DNA from: Lama glama
Taxonomy: Eukaryota
Assembly: GCA_028534125.1 (NCBI GenBank)
Contig: CM052818.1
Span: forward strand, 6,574,001 to 6,638,000
Direction of reading: 5' to 3'
Length of the DNA stretch: 64,000 nucleotides
The notes beneath the pieces were generated by a model. The model did not search any database. It worked only from the letters and a program-made list of their open reading frames with translations, and was not told where the DNA came from. Shown here piece after piece: positions 25,852 through 38,709 of this stretch. The position numbers were made by a program, and so were the translations under genes. The stretch's first letter is position 1. Each line of letters opens with the position of its first letter.

Positions 25852-26284
25852 CAAGGAGTTAGAGGCTAAAATCTGGCTTTGGCCCTAGGTTGACTTGCAT
25901 TCCAGGTCTGTTTACCCCTTGTGATACACAGAATTCAAATCTGGAGGGGTGTGAGAGTGAGTGAGTGAGTGTGTGTGTCTAGGGAAGGGCTCTCGAGTTG
26001 GTGTCCTCAGCTAGGACTTTAAAGCTGGGGGTGTGAGGACTCCTCCTTCTGGAGTCCATGGACTGCGAAGTGGCTGGAAAGTGGCCCTCAGCTGGGGCTC
26101 ACCTGGGGTGGAGGACAAATGCGTGTCCCCGTGGAATGAGGGAAGAAAGTTCAAGGGTTTTGTATCTTCAGGCTCATGATGACTAATAGGGACATCCAGG
26201 AAGGGTGGGCCACCAGCAACCTTTGGATTATTTCCTACGGGGGGAAGTGAGAGGTAGCACGTCCAGCTTATCTTGGAGGACGTG

Positions 26285-26445
26285 GCTGTGGAAAGAACGT
26301 GGGGCTTTGGAACTCGGCCGGTCAAACTCCAGCTCTGCTCTCTATTGTGTTGACTATGGTGTTATAATGAGGCTTGCCTGGGCCTCATTTCTGTCATCTG
26401 AAAAATGGGGACACAGTAACACTTTAGGGTGGTTGTGAGGGCAGG
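26285..26445 (+). mobile_element. MIR SINE
   Basis: ggctttggaactc...gggcctcatttctgtcatctgaaaaatgggga...ggttgtgagg. Confidence 0.7.
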
Positions 26446-27151
26446 TCAGAGGGGTTCTCTGTATGAGGAGCCTTCACAGATGCAAGCCTCTCTTACCTCT
26501 CGCAGGGCCCTGAGAACGACACCAGAATTAACCCCATTGCCCCAGGAATGTGGGCAGAGGCCCCCGGTTATACATCAGAACATGCCACCTATTGCAGTAA
26601 AATGCCCCCAGTCCCTCTCTGAGGTGAGGCTCGCACTCCAAGAGGACAGTTGCCACTTCCTCCCTGCTTTGTGTAAGGCCAGCTCTTAGGACTCCAACAC
26701 TCAGCAGCTGTAATACATTAAGCTGCCTGAGACTCACCAGCCTCTTCGAACAAGAGCTTTTCTGTGACGGATACAGTCTGGCCTCACAGGACGCACACTG
26801 GTACTTAATGCTCAGGTAGATGAGGGCGAACAGTCAGGGAACATTCCATGTGAACTACAGCCCTGATATTGCAAACAGGTCCTTTCTCGTCTGGATTTAA
26901 AGTAGGCCAAGCTTCTGGTTTTAATCGTTTGCATCTATTTGCCAAGTCCCTGGTTTTTACTATACTGTTAGTGTCGTCCTTGATTGCATTAGTAATTCAG
27001 CGAAGCTTGACCCAGACTTCCGGGCCCTGGAGAGACGACTGATTAGACTGAAGGGGTCACAGGCAGACTCGAGCAGAGAGTGGCCAGCCACCCCATCCTC
27101 TCACCCTTAACCCTTGACTTTTCTGTGAACGACCCTGTTAGGTTCCTGAAA

Positions 27152-27315
27152 CCCTGATTCTCAAAGTTTGCTGGACATTAGAATTACCTGGGGAACTATG
27201 AAAATTCCATAAACCCAGAACATTCCCTCAAACAATTAAATTAGGCATCAATTTAAAAAAAAAACCCACAAAACTCCAGGTGATTCCAGTGTGCAGCCAA
27301 GTTTGAGAACCAGTG
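27152..27315. mobile_element. MER5-like hAT MITE
   Basis: tgattctcaaagtt...agaattacctgggga...ccaggtgattcc...gtttgagaaccagtg with terminal inverted repeats. Confidence 0.75.
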
Positions 27316-27529
27316 TCTTAACTTGAGAGGAAGAAAAACCTTCTGGTGCAATTACTCACTCACTGAGTTGACTTGCTTTCCTGTGGTCACTAACACTTGT
27401 CATCTGGTCATCTGGGGCGAGGTGTCACCCCAAGGGGCTGAGCTGCCGGTTCTAGTCAGTAGTGAGGTCTCAGTGGAATACAGCTACTATAACAAGCTGT
27501 TTTCTTATGAATGTTTTATATATTCACAC

Positions 27530-27790
27530 AGGTGAAGAGGACAGTGTAACAGACCCCATGTACTTATCACTCAGCCATCATCCACCACACACACTTTTTT
27601 TGGGGGGGTGGAGTATTTTCAAGCAAAGCCCATGTATCATTTATCCATAAATACTTCAGTGTGTATCTCTAAGAAATAATGACTTAAAAAATATAACTAC
27701 AATACCATTGTCACACCTAAGAAAATTAACAGTAATTATGTAATCTCATCTAATAGCAAATCCATGTTCAGTTTTTTCCAATATGTTTGA
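27530..27790 (-). mobile_element. L1MC-like fragment
   Basis: ccataaatacttcagtgtgtatctctaag...aataccattgtcacacctaagaaaattaacagtaat. Confidence 0.65.
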
Positions 27791-28819
27791 AAACTGCTTT
27801 TATATACTTGGTCTATCCCAGTTAGGGTTCAGAGACAAGAATAATTCATTTTTCATGCTTGGCTTTAACCTTGGGGTAATTAAGCCATCATTGTGCACAA
27901 ACACAGGTAATGATGCAGGTGCGCCTCCATAAGGAGTTGTGCATGGCGTTTGGTCTCTCCTCCATTCTTTCCTTCGCCTGGTGGGAACTTGACCTGTCAC
28001 GGAGGAAATGCTCATCGAGGCCCCAGCCGCAGCCACTTCTGTGCTGCTCTGCTTCTGCCTGAAGGCATGTTCCCATCGGTAGACTTAGAATAGAACCTTC
28101 AGGATGCTTGTGAAAAGAGAATTATGAGTCAGCTCCGTGGACAGCTTAGAATTTCCTGCTCCTGTGCTGGAGGCCGTGGCCGGGAAGGGCTAGATCTGCC
28201 TCTTGGGCCCTCGTTGGGCTCGGCTGAGGAGTCCTGTTTTGCTGTTTACTTCTGGGGGTTCACCTGGGACTTGGGCTCTGACGTGGGGAGCAGCCTACAG
28301 CTCAGCGCTGCTTCCCTAGGGATGCACATGACTCTGTGTGGTTCACACAGCTGGACCTCTGAGTTTGGGCTCAGATGATGACCAGGGACTGAGAAAGGTT
28401 ACTTTCTGCCCTCTGATGTAGCACCAGAAGCCTCACAGTCATTGCTTTGACAGTATCTGTAAGCCATAATGCTGTAAGAATTTCTTAAAGGGGCAGATGC
28501 CTGGATGACCCCTAGGATGAATGGAGGGTGAGGCTCTGGGGGGTGAGCAGAAGACGGGGAGTGGAGAATGGGCAACCTAAATGATTGAACCCTGCCTCAT
28601 TCCTTCTACAAATATCGATGGAGTGCCTCCTCCACATGTATCACACCAAGTCAAAGTCTCACTTTATATACTTCCACAGTTTATCTTTTTGCTTTAGAGG
28701 GGCTCTGTTTTGCTTTCAGATGGATTTTCAGTTGCTGGGTTTTCTTTCTCTGTGTCACGGTCAGGGAGTTACAGAGCAGTAGGTAAGCATCTTAATGTAT
28801 AAAGGCAACTCTAATATAT

Positions 28820-29430
28820 AAAGTAGTTCATCCCAGGATTGTTTCAATAGCAAAAAGTTCAGAAAAGCCTATATGTTCATTTAATAAGGGACTGGTTAAA
28901 TCAATCATGGAACATCCTTATAGTTGGATACTGTACAGATGTAAAAAGGGAATGAATTAGTCATCTTTGTTCCCACACACAAAGATCCCCAAGAGATTAA
29001 AAGCAACGTCCAGAACATGTGAATGAGGTGCTACCTTTTTTTGAGGAGTGAGGAGAGATATATTTGCATAAACCCTGGAAGGATATACAACTCTTTTTTT
29101 TAATTTCAGAGACATTTTATCTTTAAAAAATTATGGAAAATTTCAAATACATGAAAAATAGAGAAAATAGCAAAAACAAAATAAACAAGCGAAAACCATG
29201 TACCTAAGACGTATCTTACCATGATTCTGACAGACATGTCATCCATCCTCACTTTTCCTTTGCATGAGCATTTTTAAGGTAATTCTAGACATACCACCTC
29301 ATGGGATGCACAGCTGCATTTAAAAAGATGCTCACTGCTGGCTTGTTGGGTGGGAGAAGGAACAGGGCAGATGAGATGTGGTAGGAGTGTGCCTTTTTCA
29401 CATTTTGATTTATGAATGTGTTACCTGCGC
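28820..29430. mobile_element. Old L1ME/L1MC fragments
   Basis: tttcaatagcaaaaag...gggactggttaaat, and attatggaaaatttcaaatac motifs. Confidence 0.5.
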
Positions 29431-30177
29431 AGAACAATGAACTAAATTAAAAGGGATAAATATGTCTTTACTTACAGACAAATTGATTATTTGCTGTGCC
29501 CCAGCTAATCCTGTGTTACACTGTTACCCTGCACTTAAACACTCCAGGTCTGCTTTGAAATGGACCAGTGAGGCTATGACCAGCCCACAGAACGTGTGCC
29601 ATGTTTTTCCCGTGATGCCCTGCTCAGCAGTAGATTATAAATATATTTATAATTCCACTACTCAGCAATAGAGTATAAATATTATAAATACTTATAATCT
29701 TAGATTATAAATAAATATATAAATATAAAGCCCCTGGGCTTCCCCTCTTCCTCATCCTAAATTATAAACTGAGCTGACCAGACCCAAAGTGAGCCCTAGG
29801 GGACAGGGAAGGCAGGCTGCCTGTGTTCTGCACAGTTAGTTAGCTGCTGTCTTCTGAGGAGGAGGCATGGTGGGAGGAGCTGCAGAGGGTGGGCATGGCT
29901 TCCTTTTCCATTCTAGTCCCTCTGTGCAATCTTTTGCTTATCCATTGGCATCCTGTGTACCATATTGTCTCTGTGTTTGTATTTCCAGCTTCTGTTGAGT
30001 GGTAGCAAAAACCCCTCTGAGCTGCTCTGGTCCCACCCTGGTAGTTTGGAATGTTCTAATGTTTAAGAGTTGCTCTTCACATCTGGCATATTCTCAGGAT
30101 CAAGGGCAGTTCTTCTGGGCTCAGAGGAAACAAACAAGTGAGTTTCTCCTCTTGAGTGGAGAAAGGGGCAGAGAGAA

Positions 30178-30302
30178 TTTTTTTTTTTTTGGTTGGGGGA
30201 GGTAATTAGGTCTATTTATTTTTAGAGGAGGTGCTGGGGATTGAACCCTGGACCTTGTGCATCCTAAGCATAGGCTCTACCACTTGAGCTACACCCTCCC
30301 CC
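30178..30302 (-). mobile_element. Vic-1-like SINE
   Basis: Reverse-complement A and B boxes and poly-T. Degenerate TSD cagagagaat / caaagagaat. Confidence 0.92.
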
Positions 30303-30555
30303 CAAAGAGAATCTTTGAGGAGAGTTCAAACAAAGAACACACAGGCGCGGGCCTTGTTTAAAAGGATCCTGAAAGATGAAGTTCGAGGACACTCAGGACC
30401 TCTTCTTGGCTCTGCCACAAATGTACCTTTATATTTTATTCCAGTTTGTGCATTTGAGTCTTACTTTTTGGTTTTTCATCTATAAAATAGTGGGACCCAC
30501 ATTCATCGTCCATTCCCCTTCACTGGTAGTTTGCAAGCCGTCTGATACTTACTGT

Positions 30556-30605
30556 AGTAGAACTTGAAGGCTATCCTTTTAGTAAAACTTGAAGGCTGTC
30601 CTTTT
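30556..30605. repeat. 25-bp tandem duplication
   Basis: agta(g/a)aacttgaaggct(a/g)tcctttt x2. Confidence 0.9.
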
Positions 30606-31278
30606 AAGTGGCAACTAAGTGAAGAGTGTGAGTAAGCCCTCCTGCATGCCTGCTCTTCCTTTGACGAGTACTACAGTGAGTACTGTTCTAGGGGTGGGTA
30701 CCGGTCAGATTGCGATTCAATCAGGGACATGCTGTGTCTCCCACAGGTCTCTTCCCATTTGAATAGAGCTGAATACACAGTGAAAACCATATGTGGTCAT
30801 AATTACCCTTGATAATTCTATAGGAATCCAGCATACAATTTCTCACCTCCTCCCTCCAGTCTTGGGAAGAAGGGCTATTTCTTTTTATGACGGAGGAAGA
30901 AATGAGGTGCTTGGCTAGCATTTAAGAGTTCATGCTGGAAGCTGAGTATGTACTCCATCTTTAAATGCAAGAGTCACAGCAAGGGTGGCAGTGGACCAGG
31001 AGAGGCACACGGTCCCTGGGTCCCCAAGTCTCAGCCAGTTCCAGGGGATGCATTCATCCAGAGCAAGAGCTTCCTCCCTCTTTAAATGTACTCAGACCCT
31101 TGCTTCTGTTCTCTTGCTGAGTGGATGGCATTGAATTTGGAAGGTTAACTGTGAATATATGAGGCTTCCCTGTAAGGCACTCACCTTAACTATCACCCAG
31201 CCCAAGGTTCTTTACTGGTGAGAGACTTTGAAGTCTTTTGTTTTGTCTTCCTTTGAATTCTTTCCTCACCTCTTCCAG

Positions 31279-31411
31279 CAGGTTTTATTGTGACCACTCT
31301 TGGGGGGCTCCTGAGAAAAGGGGCTACTCGAAGCAAGTTGTGCGCTCACCAGCTGTGCCCTCCTATGTGGGACGCAGGTGACCGTGGTGAAGCAGCTGGG
31401 GCCGGAGATAT
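31279..31411 (+). other. Candidate cassette or alternative SPRED2 exon
   Basis: Long polypyrimidine tract ending in CAGCAG (31276-31281); GTAAGT donor at 31412; ATG at 31365 in frame with exon 2. Motif evidence only. Confidence 0.35.
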
Positions 31412-33764
31412 GTAAGTCTTATCTGGTAGTTTGCAAGGTGTTGACCAGCGAGCCCTAACTCAGGTTCACCAGCCAATTTTTTAAACTTCTGGTAGAACTG
31501 AGATGTTGATGGCAAAGTCAGAAACACTTTTCAGAATATTGAGTAACTCTACCTTTCTGACGATTCATTTAACCTAGTGCCTGAGAATTCTAGTGCAGGC
31601 AAATATTCTGGACACCATCATCTACTTTTCTTCTTTTGGAATCATCTCTGATTGCTTTTCAGAAGCCAAAAGCTAACAGTGTGGCAGAATTTAGGGATGC
31701 TTTTGGTTTTAACTGGGTAGGTAATTCTCAGTAAGGAACAATGGACTTAGAAGTTTCAGGCCCAGTTCTGGCTGCTACAACTAAATTTGAACAAGAAACT
31801 TGGCCGCTGGCCTCAGTCTCCTCATCTGTCAATTGCGGTGGATGTAGAACTAGGTATCTCTTAAGGTTCATTTTAGAATTCTAGGCTGCTCTTCTGGTTT
31901 TTAGTTAATATCTAAGGCTCATAAGGTGTTCAACCCATAAATTATTTATTTGCCCCTCTGAGGTGCTAAACTAACACAGGGAAGAAAAAATCTGGCTAAG
32001 TCCTGCATGCAGTGTCTTTTGTTTTTATCAGAAATGAATAAATAGAAAAATAGGGAAGTATTTCCCAATTATTTTTTAATAGGATTCAGATGCTGGCAAA
32101 GCATACATTAGGTTAGCAAACATGTTTCACATAACTATAAACACGCGTAATGCTCATAAATTCTACCAGCTAGATGTTATTTCAGGTGAATGTTTTTCTT
32201 TGCATTTCCCGAATGCTCTACAGTGAACCTAACAATTTTGTCATGAAGAAAAAATACACATTACCGGAATTTGCTACCACCTTTCTGTCATTTCTTACCT
32301 TCCTAGAATCTTCATCTCCACCTTTATGTAAGCCAGTGAAAATTAATCTGTGTCTGTTGAACGAATGAAAGAAACTCGATCCCTTAAGGGTTTACTATTT
32401 GCCAGACGCTGAGCAGCAAAAGTAAAGGAAAAAAAAAAACCTTCTCTTAGAATCTCAAGTCCAATGGCAAAAAGGTAACATGCAAGTCCTAACAAAATGC
32501 TGTCATTGTGGTACTGACAGCTGTGAAGATGGAGAACAGGATGGATGGGCCAGACTGTTTGCAAATTTCCCAGTCTTTGTCTGGGATTACAAGTCCTGTG
32601 AGGTCGTAAGGCCTCTGATACAGCCGTGGCTAATGTTGACTGATGTTGTTGGTAAGGAAAAGTCAGCTCTAGCTTTGGGGTGAGATTCCTTTCCTTTTAA
32701 ACTGGTGGATTAGTTTAAGCTGGCTTCTTAGATCCAGGGTCAGCAACATAGCTTTGCCCCCAGTCCCTTGGTCTTGGTCCACCAGCATTGCCCAGCTTCC
32801 TTCCCGCTCCTCCCTCTCTTCTGCTGGCATTACTAGGCAGTTTTCTCACTTAGCTGTTACTGATCCATTCTTTGTACCATTTTGGAGCTTCAGGGACTGA
32901 ACTAGTTGAAGCCCTCTGTTTACTAGACAAAGAAATCGAAACACAAAGAAGATACGCAACCCTGCAGCCCATGGTCATATAACGAGTGGCGGAGCCAGGC
33001 CCAAGCTGCTGTCTCGCAACAGAATGAATTTGCAGAATTTCTGACTCCTATAACATGTGCTCTATACATAAGTGAATGATTCAAGAGTATTGCTGGAAGT
33101 TCTCATAAGAGATTTCCATTTCCACAGCTGAATATCTGTACAGCCGTCTGACAGAGGTGGCTGCCATTGTCTTGGGTAAGTTTTCTGTGACCGATGTCAA
33201 TCAAGGTGAATGGTAGATTCCTCTTCCGAAGACCATCCCTGGAATTATACAGCCTTTGAGCAGCTTTGGGTCTAATTCTGGCCTGAAGTTAGAGAAATAA
33301 GAGTGGGCTGAACTGGGCTGATGGCAGAACTGCACTCAGTCTGTGCAGTGGTCCTGACGATACGAGTGCACCGAGAGGAATAAGCCATCCAACCTTCAGC
33401 AGATTTCAAGCAACAGACTGCACTGTTCAGCCTGACAGATGTTAATTACACTAAATAGTCACCCCTTAAGCACCCCATATACATATCTGTCTTTACAGAA
33501 GACAGATTTAGGTCTTGAGGCAGCCTCATCCCTTGAACTTAAAGTTCCACCACTAGATGTAGGTTTGGTTTCTCTGCAGCCCAGGTGTCTCTGAGGCCAG
33601 GCCCTGTTGTCCTGTTTGCTCTGCAGGCTGGAAGGGCAGAGTGATCTTCTGATGGACGCCTGGCCCAAAGCTCAGCCATAGACCCAGAACCCTGAGCACT
33701 TTAATCTTTTTCTTGCTAACCTGCCCCATGGCCTCTTCCATAATTTCCCAGGGTGGTGTCCCCA

Positions 33765-33819
33765 TATTTCTGATGTATTTCAGATTCCTTCTATTTCTGA
33801 TATATTTCAGATTTCCTTC
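33765..33819. repeat. 27-bp tandem duplication
   Basis: tatttctgat(g/a)tatttcagatt(t)ccttc x2. Confidence 0.9.
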
Positions 33820-35324
33820 TTCCTCTTTTATCAGTCTTATTTGTGTAACATCCTGTGCTGGAAAAATTTAGACTCTCTAGACTAAATCGACCTAGTCATT
33901 CATCACCCACCCACCTCCCCCCACACACATACGCCGTTTTCCTCCACACAGGCCAGGAACAAAATTTGTGGATTCATTGATATAACCATACAGAGCACCC
34001 CACACCAAATGGACACCGGGTGAACGTGAGTTTCTGTTGCCTTTCCCTAAAGAAACCTGGCTGAATCCATAAGCCCAGCTCTGAAAGGTCCTCACATCAT
34101 AGGGTCTCTTATTAAAAAAAAAAAATCTGCTTAGCATAATAACTTGTATGCATTTAATCATCGCAGGTCTTCTGGCTCTGGCCAAGCGGAACATCCCCAG
34201 GTTAACCAGGAGCTTTGGAGAGAGCCTTATTTTACCCCTGTGCTAGACAGTTACACTTTAAGGAACACAGCTGAAAACTGACTTGGGGTCAAGTGAGATG
34301 TGTCACCCAGCATGCCGTCTCTGAAATCCTCCTCTCAGTAGGTAGCAACAGAAATCATCTGCCTCCCTCTTCCTGGACCAGCCCGGCCCCGACTCACTTT
34401 GGGACTTAACACAGGCGGTTTTCTATTGAATTGACTTTGCAAAGATGTTGATATTTGCCAGGAAGGCAAGTGACCACCAGAAAGACTGTGTGTCTGAGTA
34501 CACCCCAGATTTCATCTCTGTCCGAACAGCTGGCTAAGGCTTTCTTTTTTTTAAATAAGAGAACTAACTGAAAGGCAGTTAGAATGGTTTCTTTTGTTCA
34601 AATTTCCTCTCCCAGAGACCAGTCCCTGGAGTCCCTTCACCTGCATTATCCATTAGTACTGAGGGTTTATCTTCCCCAAATAAACAAGCTTTCCTGCCAA
34701 AGAAAATAGGCAGCACTATTGGATGCAGGGATGCGTCTTGGGACCTGCATTTGAGGCGTGTTCTTCATTTTTCTGGCTTGGCCTTCAGTCTCCTGCCTGA
34801 GCTCTGGGCTGGCAGGGGCAGTGTGACAGCAGCCCTCATTCCTGAAGGGCCCTCGTGCTGTATGAATCCTGCCCATGGCTGTGCAGCCCTGTTGAAAGCA
34901 TCCTTCATTTCTGTTCGCTCAGTTTCCTGAATGCCTCTTCCAGATCATCTTTCACCTCTGGCTTGAGGCTCTGGGGACACATGTGGTTTCGACATAATGC
35001 ACAGATGTGGCTTGGGGGAGGGGAATTACAGCTGTGGACTCACATCAGCTGGGGTCACTGGACTCTGAAATAGGGGAGGTCAGGAAGGAGGGGAGGCGGA
35101 CCTCGGGCTATGCCGGTTTCCCCACCAGCCATGAGACGGAGCACTGTGGTGTGTGTCTTGCTTTGTGAGGAAGGCATGAGCTACAGCTCACGTGGACCAA
35201 ATCACCATAAATAATGCTCCGTGTATCTGATTCTAAATTAAGATGTTAAGCAGAATAAGGGAACAACAACCAACACTTCCGTAGGGAAAAGATCTGGTTC
35301 TTTATCCACACAAATGTTGATCAC

Positions 35325-35465
35325 CAGGGGTTAACAAACTTTTTCTGGATAGTAAATGTTTTCCGCTTTGGGGACCATGTGGTTTCTGTCACAACTGCTC
35401 AAGTCCACATTCATAGCTGTTAAGCAGCCACAGACGATAGGTAAACAGGCCCATGTGGTAGCCAG
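35325..35465 (+). mobile_element. MER58A-like hAT MITE, partial
   Basis: caggggttaacaaactttt...gatagtaaatgttt...tctgtcacaactgctcaa...gcagccacagac. Confidence 0.7.
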
Positions 35466-35529
35466 CTATGTGTGCCCACCCCGACCGTCTATAAAAACTT
35501 GCCAACATCCTCACCGTTATTGTCTGTAT

Positions 35530-35758
35530 AAATTAACGAGTGCTCAGTATGTGGCCAGGCCCTGTGCTAAGTACTTGTTGTGAATGATCACGTTTATCCC
35601 ATTCAGAACAGTTCTATGAGGTTATTAATAGTATTGTGCCCATTTTACAGACAAAGAAGCAGAGGCTTAGAGAAGGTCCATAACGTAAGTAAGGGCCAGG
35701 CTGGATTTTGAACCAAGACAGCTTGACTCCAGGCTCAAGCTTTTTACCACTGCGCTGC
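35530..35758 (-). mobile_element. MIR SINE
   Basis: gagtgctcagtatgtggccaggccctgtgctaag...cccattttacagac...ggattttgaaccaag. Confidence 0.75.
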
Positions 35759-35907
35759 ACGGCCTACGGTACCTACATCATTGATACCCACATATGCTTA
35801 TAGATTTTGACATTAACCAGTATTTAAACTTTAACCACGGCCCACCCCTCCCAGTACATACAGATAATTGCCTTAAAACTCTTATATAAATTAGTACATG
35901 GCAAAAA

Positions 35908-36166
35908 TTTTTTTTCATTTTTCAGTTTTATTAGGTAGAATTTACAGTTTGACAGCACATATACGGTACATTGCATGTAGATACATCTACACAATATATT
36001 GCACATATTTTTTAAATTTACATACATGTGCTGTTCATTGTTTCTAAGAACATTTAGAGCTTTAGCTTTTTACATAGTTATTAAAGGAATAAAGCCAACC
36101 ACAAACTAAGAATTAATTCAAAAAGATACATACACCCCGCTATTAACAGCAGCATTATTTACAATT
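35908..36166 (-). mobile_element. L1-mediated insertion: polyadenylated non-L1 segment plus inverted L1 ORF2 fragment
   Basis: TSD gtacatggcaaaaa at 35894-35907 and 36167-36180. Poly-T at 35908-35915 and TTTATT at 35927-35932. L1 ORF2-like aattcaaaaagatacatacaccccg...agcagcattatttacaatt on the + strand at about 36115-36166. Confidence 0.75.
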
Positions 36167-38550
36167 GTACATGGCAAAAAAATTGTTTTTTACAGAATCC
36201 ATTAGCAAGTTAGAGGAAATCGGAAGCCATGTTCTGCTGTGCTTCCCAGCTGGCTCTGCTTAATATACCCAAGGATCAGTGCTCAGAGATGAGCGTACAA
36301 AGGCCTGGGGAGCTCAGAGGCCAAAGGCATGCATCCAGGCTGGTTTTCAGGATCCAAGAGCCAGTCCTCCGAGAGCGGCGAAGGGGACCCGGGCCTCGGC
36401 AGCTCCTCGGGCTGGCCTCCCCCAGGGCCTGCCGCCTCTGAACAGAGACCCCGACACCAGTGTGAGCTGTCACCTGCTGTGCCCAGGTGCAGGGTCACTC
36501 ATGGTGGCCTGGGCCTCTGGAGTGTGGTCAGGGGAGATGCCGGTGGCTATCCGCATGCCAGTCAACCAAATGAAACAGAAATGTCTGTTAAAGATGGCAG
36601 AAACCAAGTTTGGATGTCTTCTGTTATAGTAAGTGAAGGGTGTTCTGAAGAAACCTTGAAGAGGAAAAGGTCAGGAAAAAAAAAAGTGCCCCATATCCCA
36701 TTCCTTACCGCAGTGTGTCCCAGGGTGACTTCTTCAGCTCGAAGGGATGCAGGCGGTTGAGGGAGGAGTTCCTGTGCTCAAATCAATTTGTGAAATGCAA
36801 GACTAAACAAACTTAAACAGTATTCTTGAGGATGTGGTATGTTGTTTTCCCGAAGTGTTTATTTGGGATTCTTGTTTTATTTTTGGAGCCTCTTATAAAA
36901 TTGTTTGCAAGGAACCCTCTTTGAGAAACCCTAACCCAGAGGCATTTCCTAATGTTTACATTTTGGTAAATTTCCTAATGGTCTAAGAATTTTTCTTAAG
37001 TGGGTGAGGGTGGCAGCAGCAAAACTATGATGGTTAATTAAATCTATAAACTTTTTTTTTGATAATGAGGGTGATGTATTTCCTTGTGTGTGTGTGTTTA
37101 ACTTTATTTTGAAACATTTCATACTTAATAGAAATGTTTCAAGCATAGTGTGAAGGAATGCTCTGTACCCAGTTCCCCACTTGTTAACATTTTACTGTAT
37201 TTGCCTTATTCTCATTCCTTCTGTGTGTGTGTATCATTGCTGTTACTCTTGTATTTTCAGTTTGTGAAATCTGAGCTATAAAAGGCTTTAATGGGCTCTG
37301 GATTCATTTCTTCAGTACTCACAGAAACTCAGATTAGGCTAGAAGTTTAATTCCCCCATTTCTACCTGTTGTGTTAAGGTAAATTACACTTTGCAAGTGT
37401 ATGAAAGGCTGTTTTTAAACTTTGAGGGGACATTCTGATAAGCCTGTAGCTTGCAGTCTGATCGGGGAAAGAAGCTGTCAAAACCAAGGGAGGCTTCAGT
37501 TTCAGCCCACGGGCAGTGGTGTGGGGACCATCACAACTGTTTGCAGCTCTCTTGGGCTGAGTCCTTTGAGGATTGGGTTGGCTGTTGGCTGAGGTGGGAG
37601 CCAACTTCCTCCTTTCCTTTGGTTTCAGCCCTAAAGAGAGCAGTCCAGAGGCCGTGGGCTTTCGTAGGACCTCTGTATTTCCAGTGTCCCGTCGTGACTT
37701 GTCACACTTTGAGAAAATACCAACACAGATGATTTTTTCAACAACATCTAGCTTCAGCAGTGATTCTGTTTAACCTACGTTGGAGCTCCCATCACTGGAT
37801 ATTTTCCTGGCTGTGAAATCAAAGCTCTCTCCCTCCTTCAGATGGTTTAAATAACCCAATTTGAGCAGAAAGTGAGTCGCACAAACACTGTACCACCTTC
37901 CAGAGAGGTCTGCGGTGTGAGAGGACTGTGGATGTGACTTACATAATCTCTCATGGAGCCTCTCCCAGACCATATAAGGAAGCTGGAGAGAGTCACCTCT
38001 CCCTCGTAATGTCAACACTGGGCTCACAAATGAAGCCGGGGCTTATGTCCTCAAAGAAATCTCCTACTCTTGGGAGGAAAGGGCACCAGGCCTTCAGGGG
38101 GTTCGGCAGGTGGAGGCAGCCCTCACAGCAGCCTCAGGACACATGTATCACACCTGCTACGGGGCCACTTGGTGGCCCTGTGTGAATGACGCCCCCATTC
38201 ACACGGATGGTAGATTCATCCCTAACTAGAAAGGTGCTTTGTCGTGAGTACAGTTAGACCATGGAGACTGAAAAAAGATTTTTGAGTTTTTAAAAACATT
38301 TTGTTATGAAAATGATCCAAGATACTCAAAAGAAGAGAAAATAACAGAGCCGGTTCCCAAATACCACACAGATGCAACAATTATCAAGATTTTGTCACAT
38401 TTCTTTACCTTCTCCCTTTTTTGGGCTAACATCTTTCATAACAAATGCCAGATATTATAGCAGTTCATCCCTAACATATTTTTTCTTAAAAGTAGACATT
38501 TTAGAAACACAATGCCACTTTCCCACCTAACCGAAGAAATCCATGGACAC

Positions 38551-38595
38551 TTTTTTTTTTATGTTTTATTTTGTTGAAGTATAGTTGATTTACAG
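38551..38595 (-). mobile_element. Very short L1 3' end
   Basis: Poly-T then ttgaagtatagttgatttaca. Confidence 0.65.
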
Positions 38596-38709
38596 AAGGG
38601 ACAAAAATTTGATGTGTGTTTTTGTTTGTTTTTACAAAGCTCCTGCAACTTAGATAACCTTACAGCATAAGAATAACATACCTGTGCTAATGTCACTGAT
38701 GGCTTGAAA

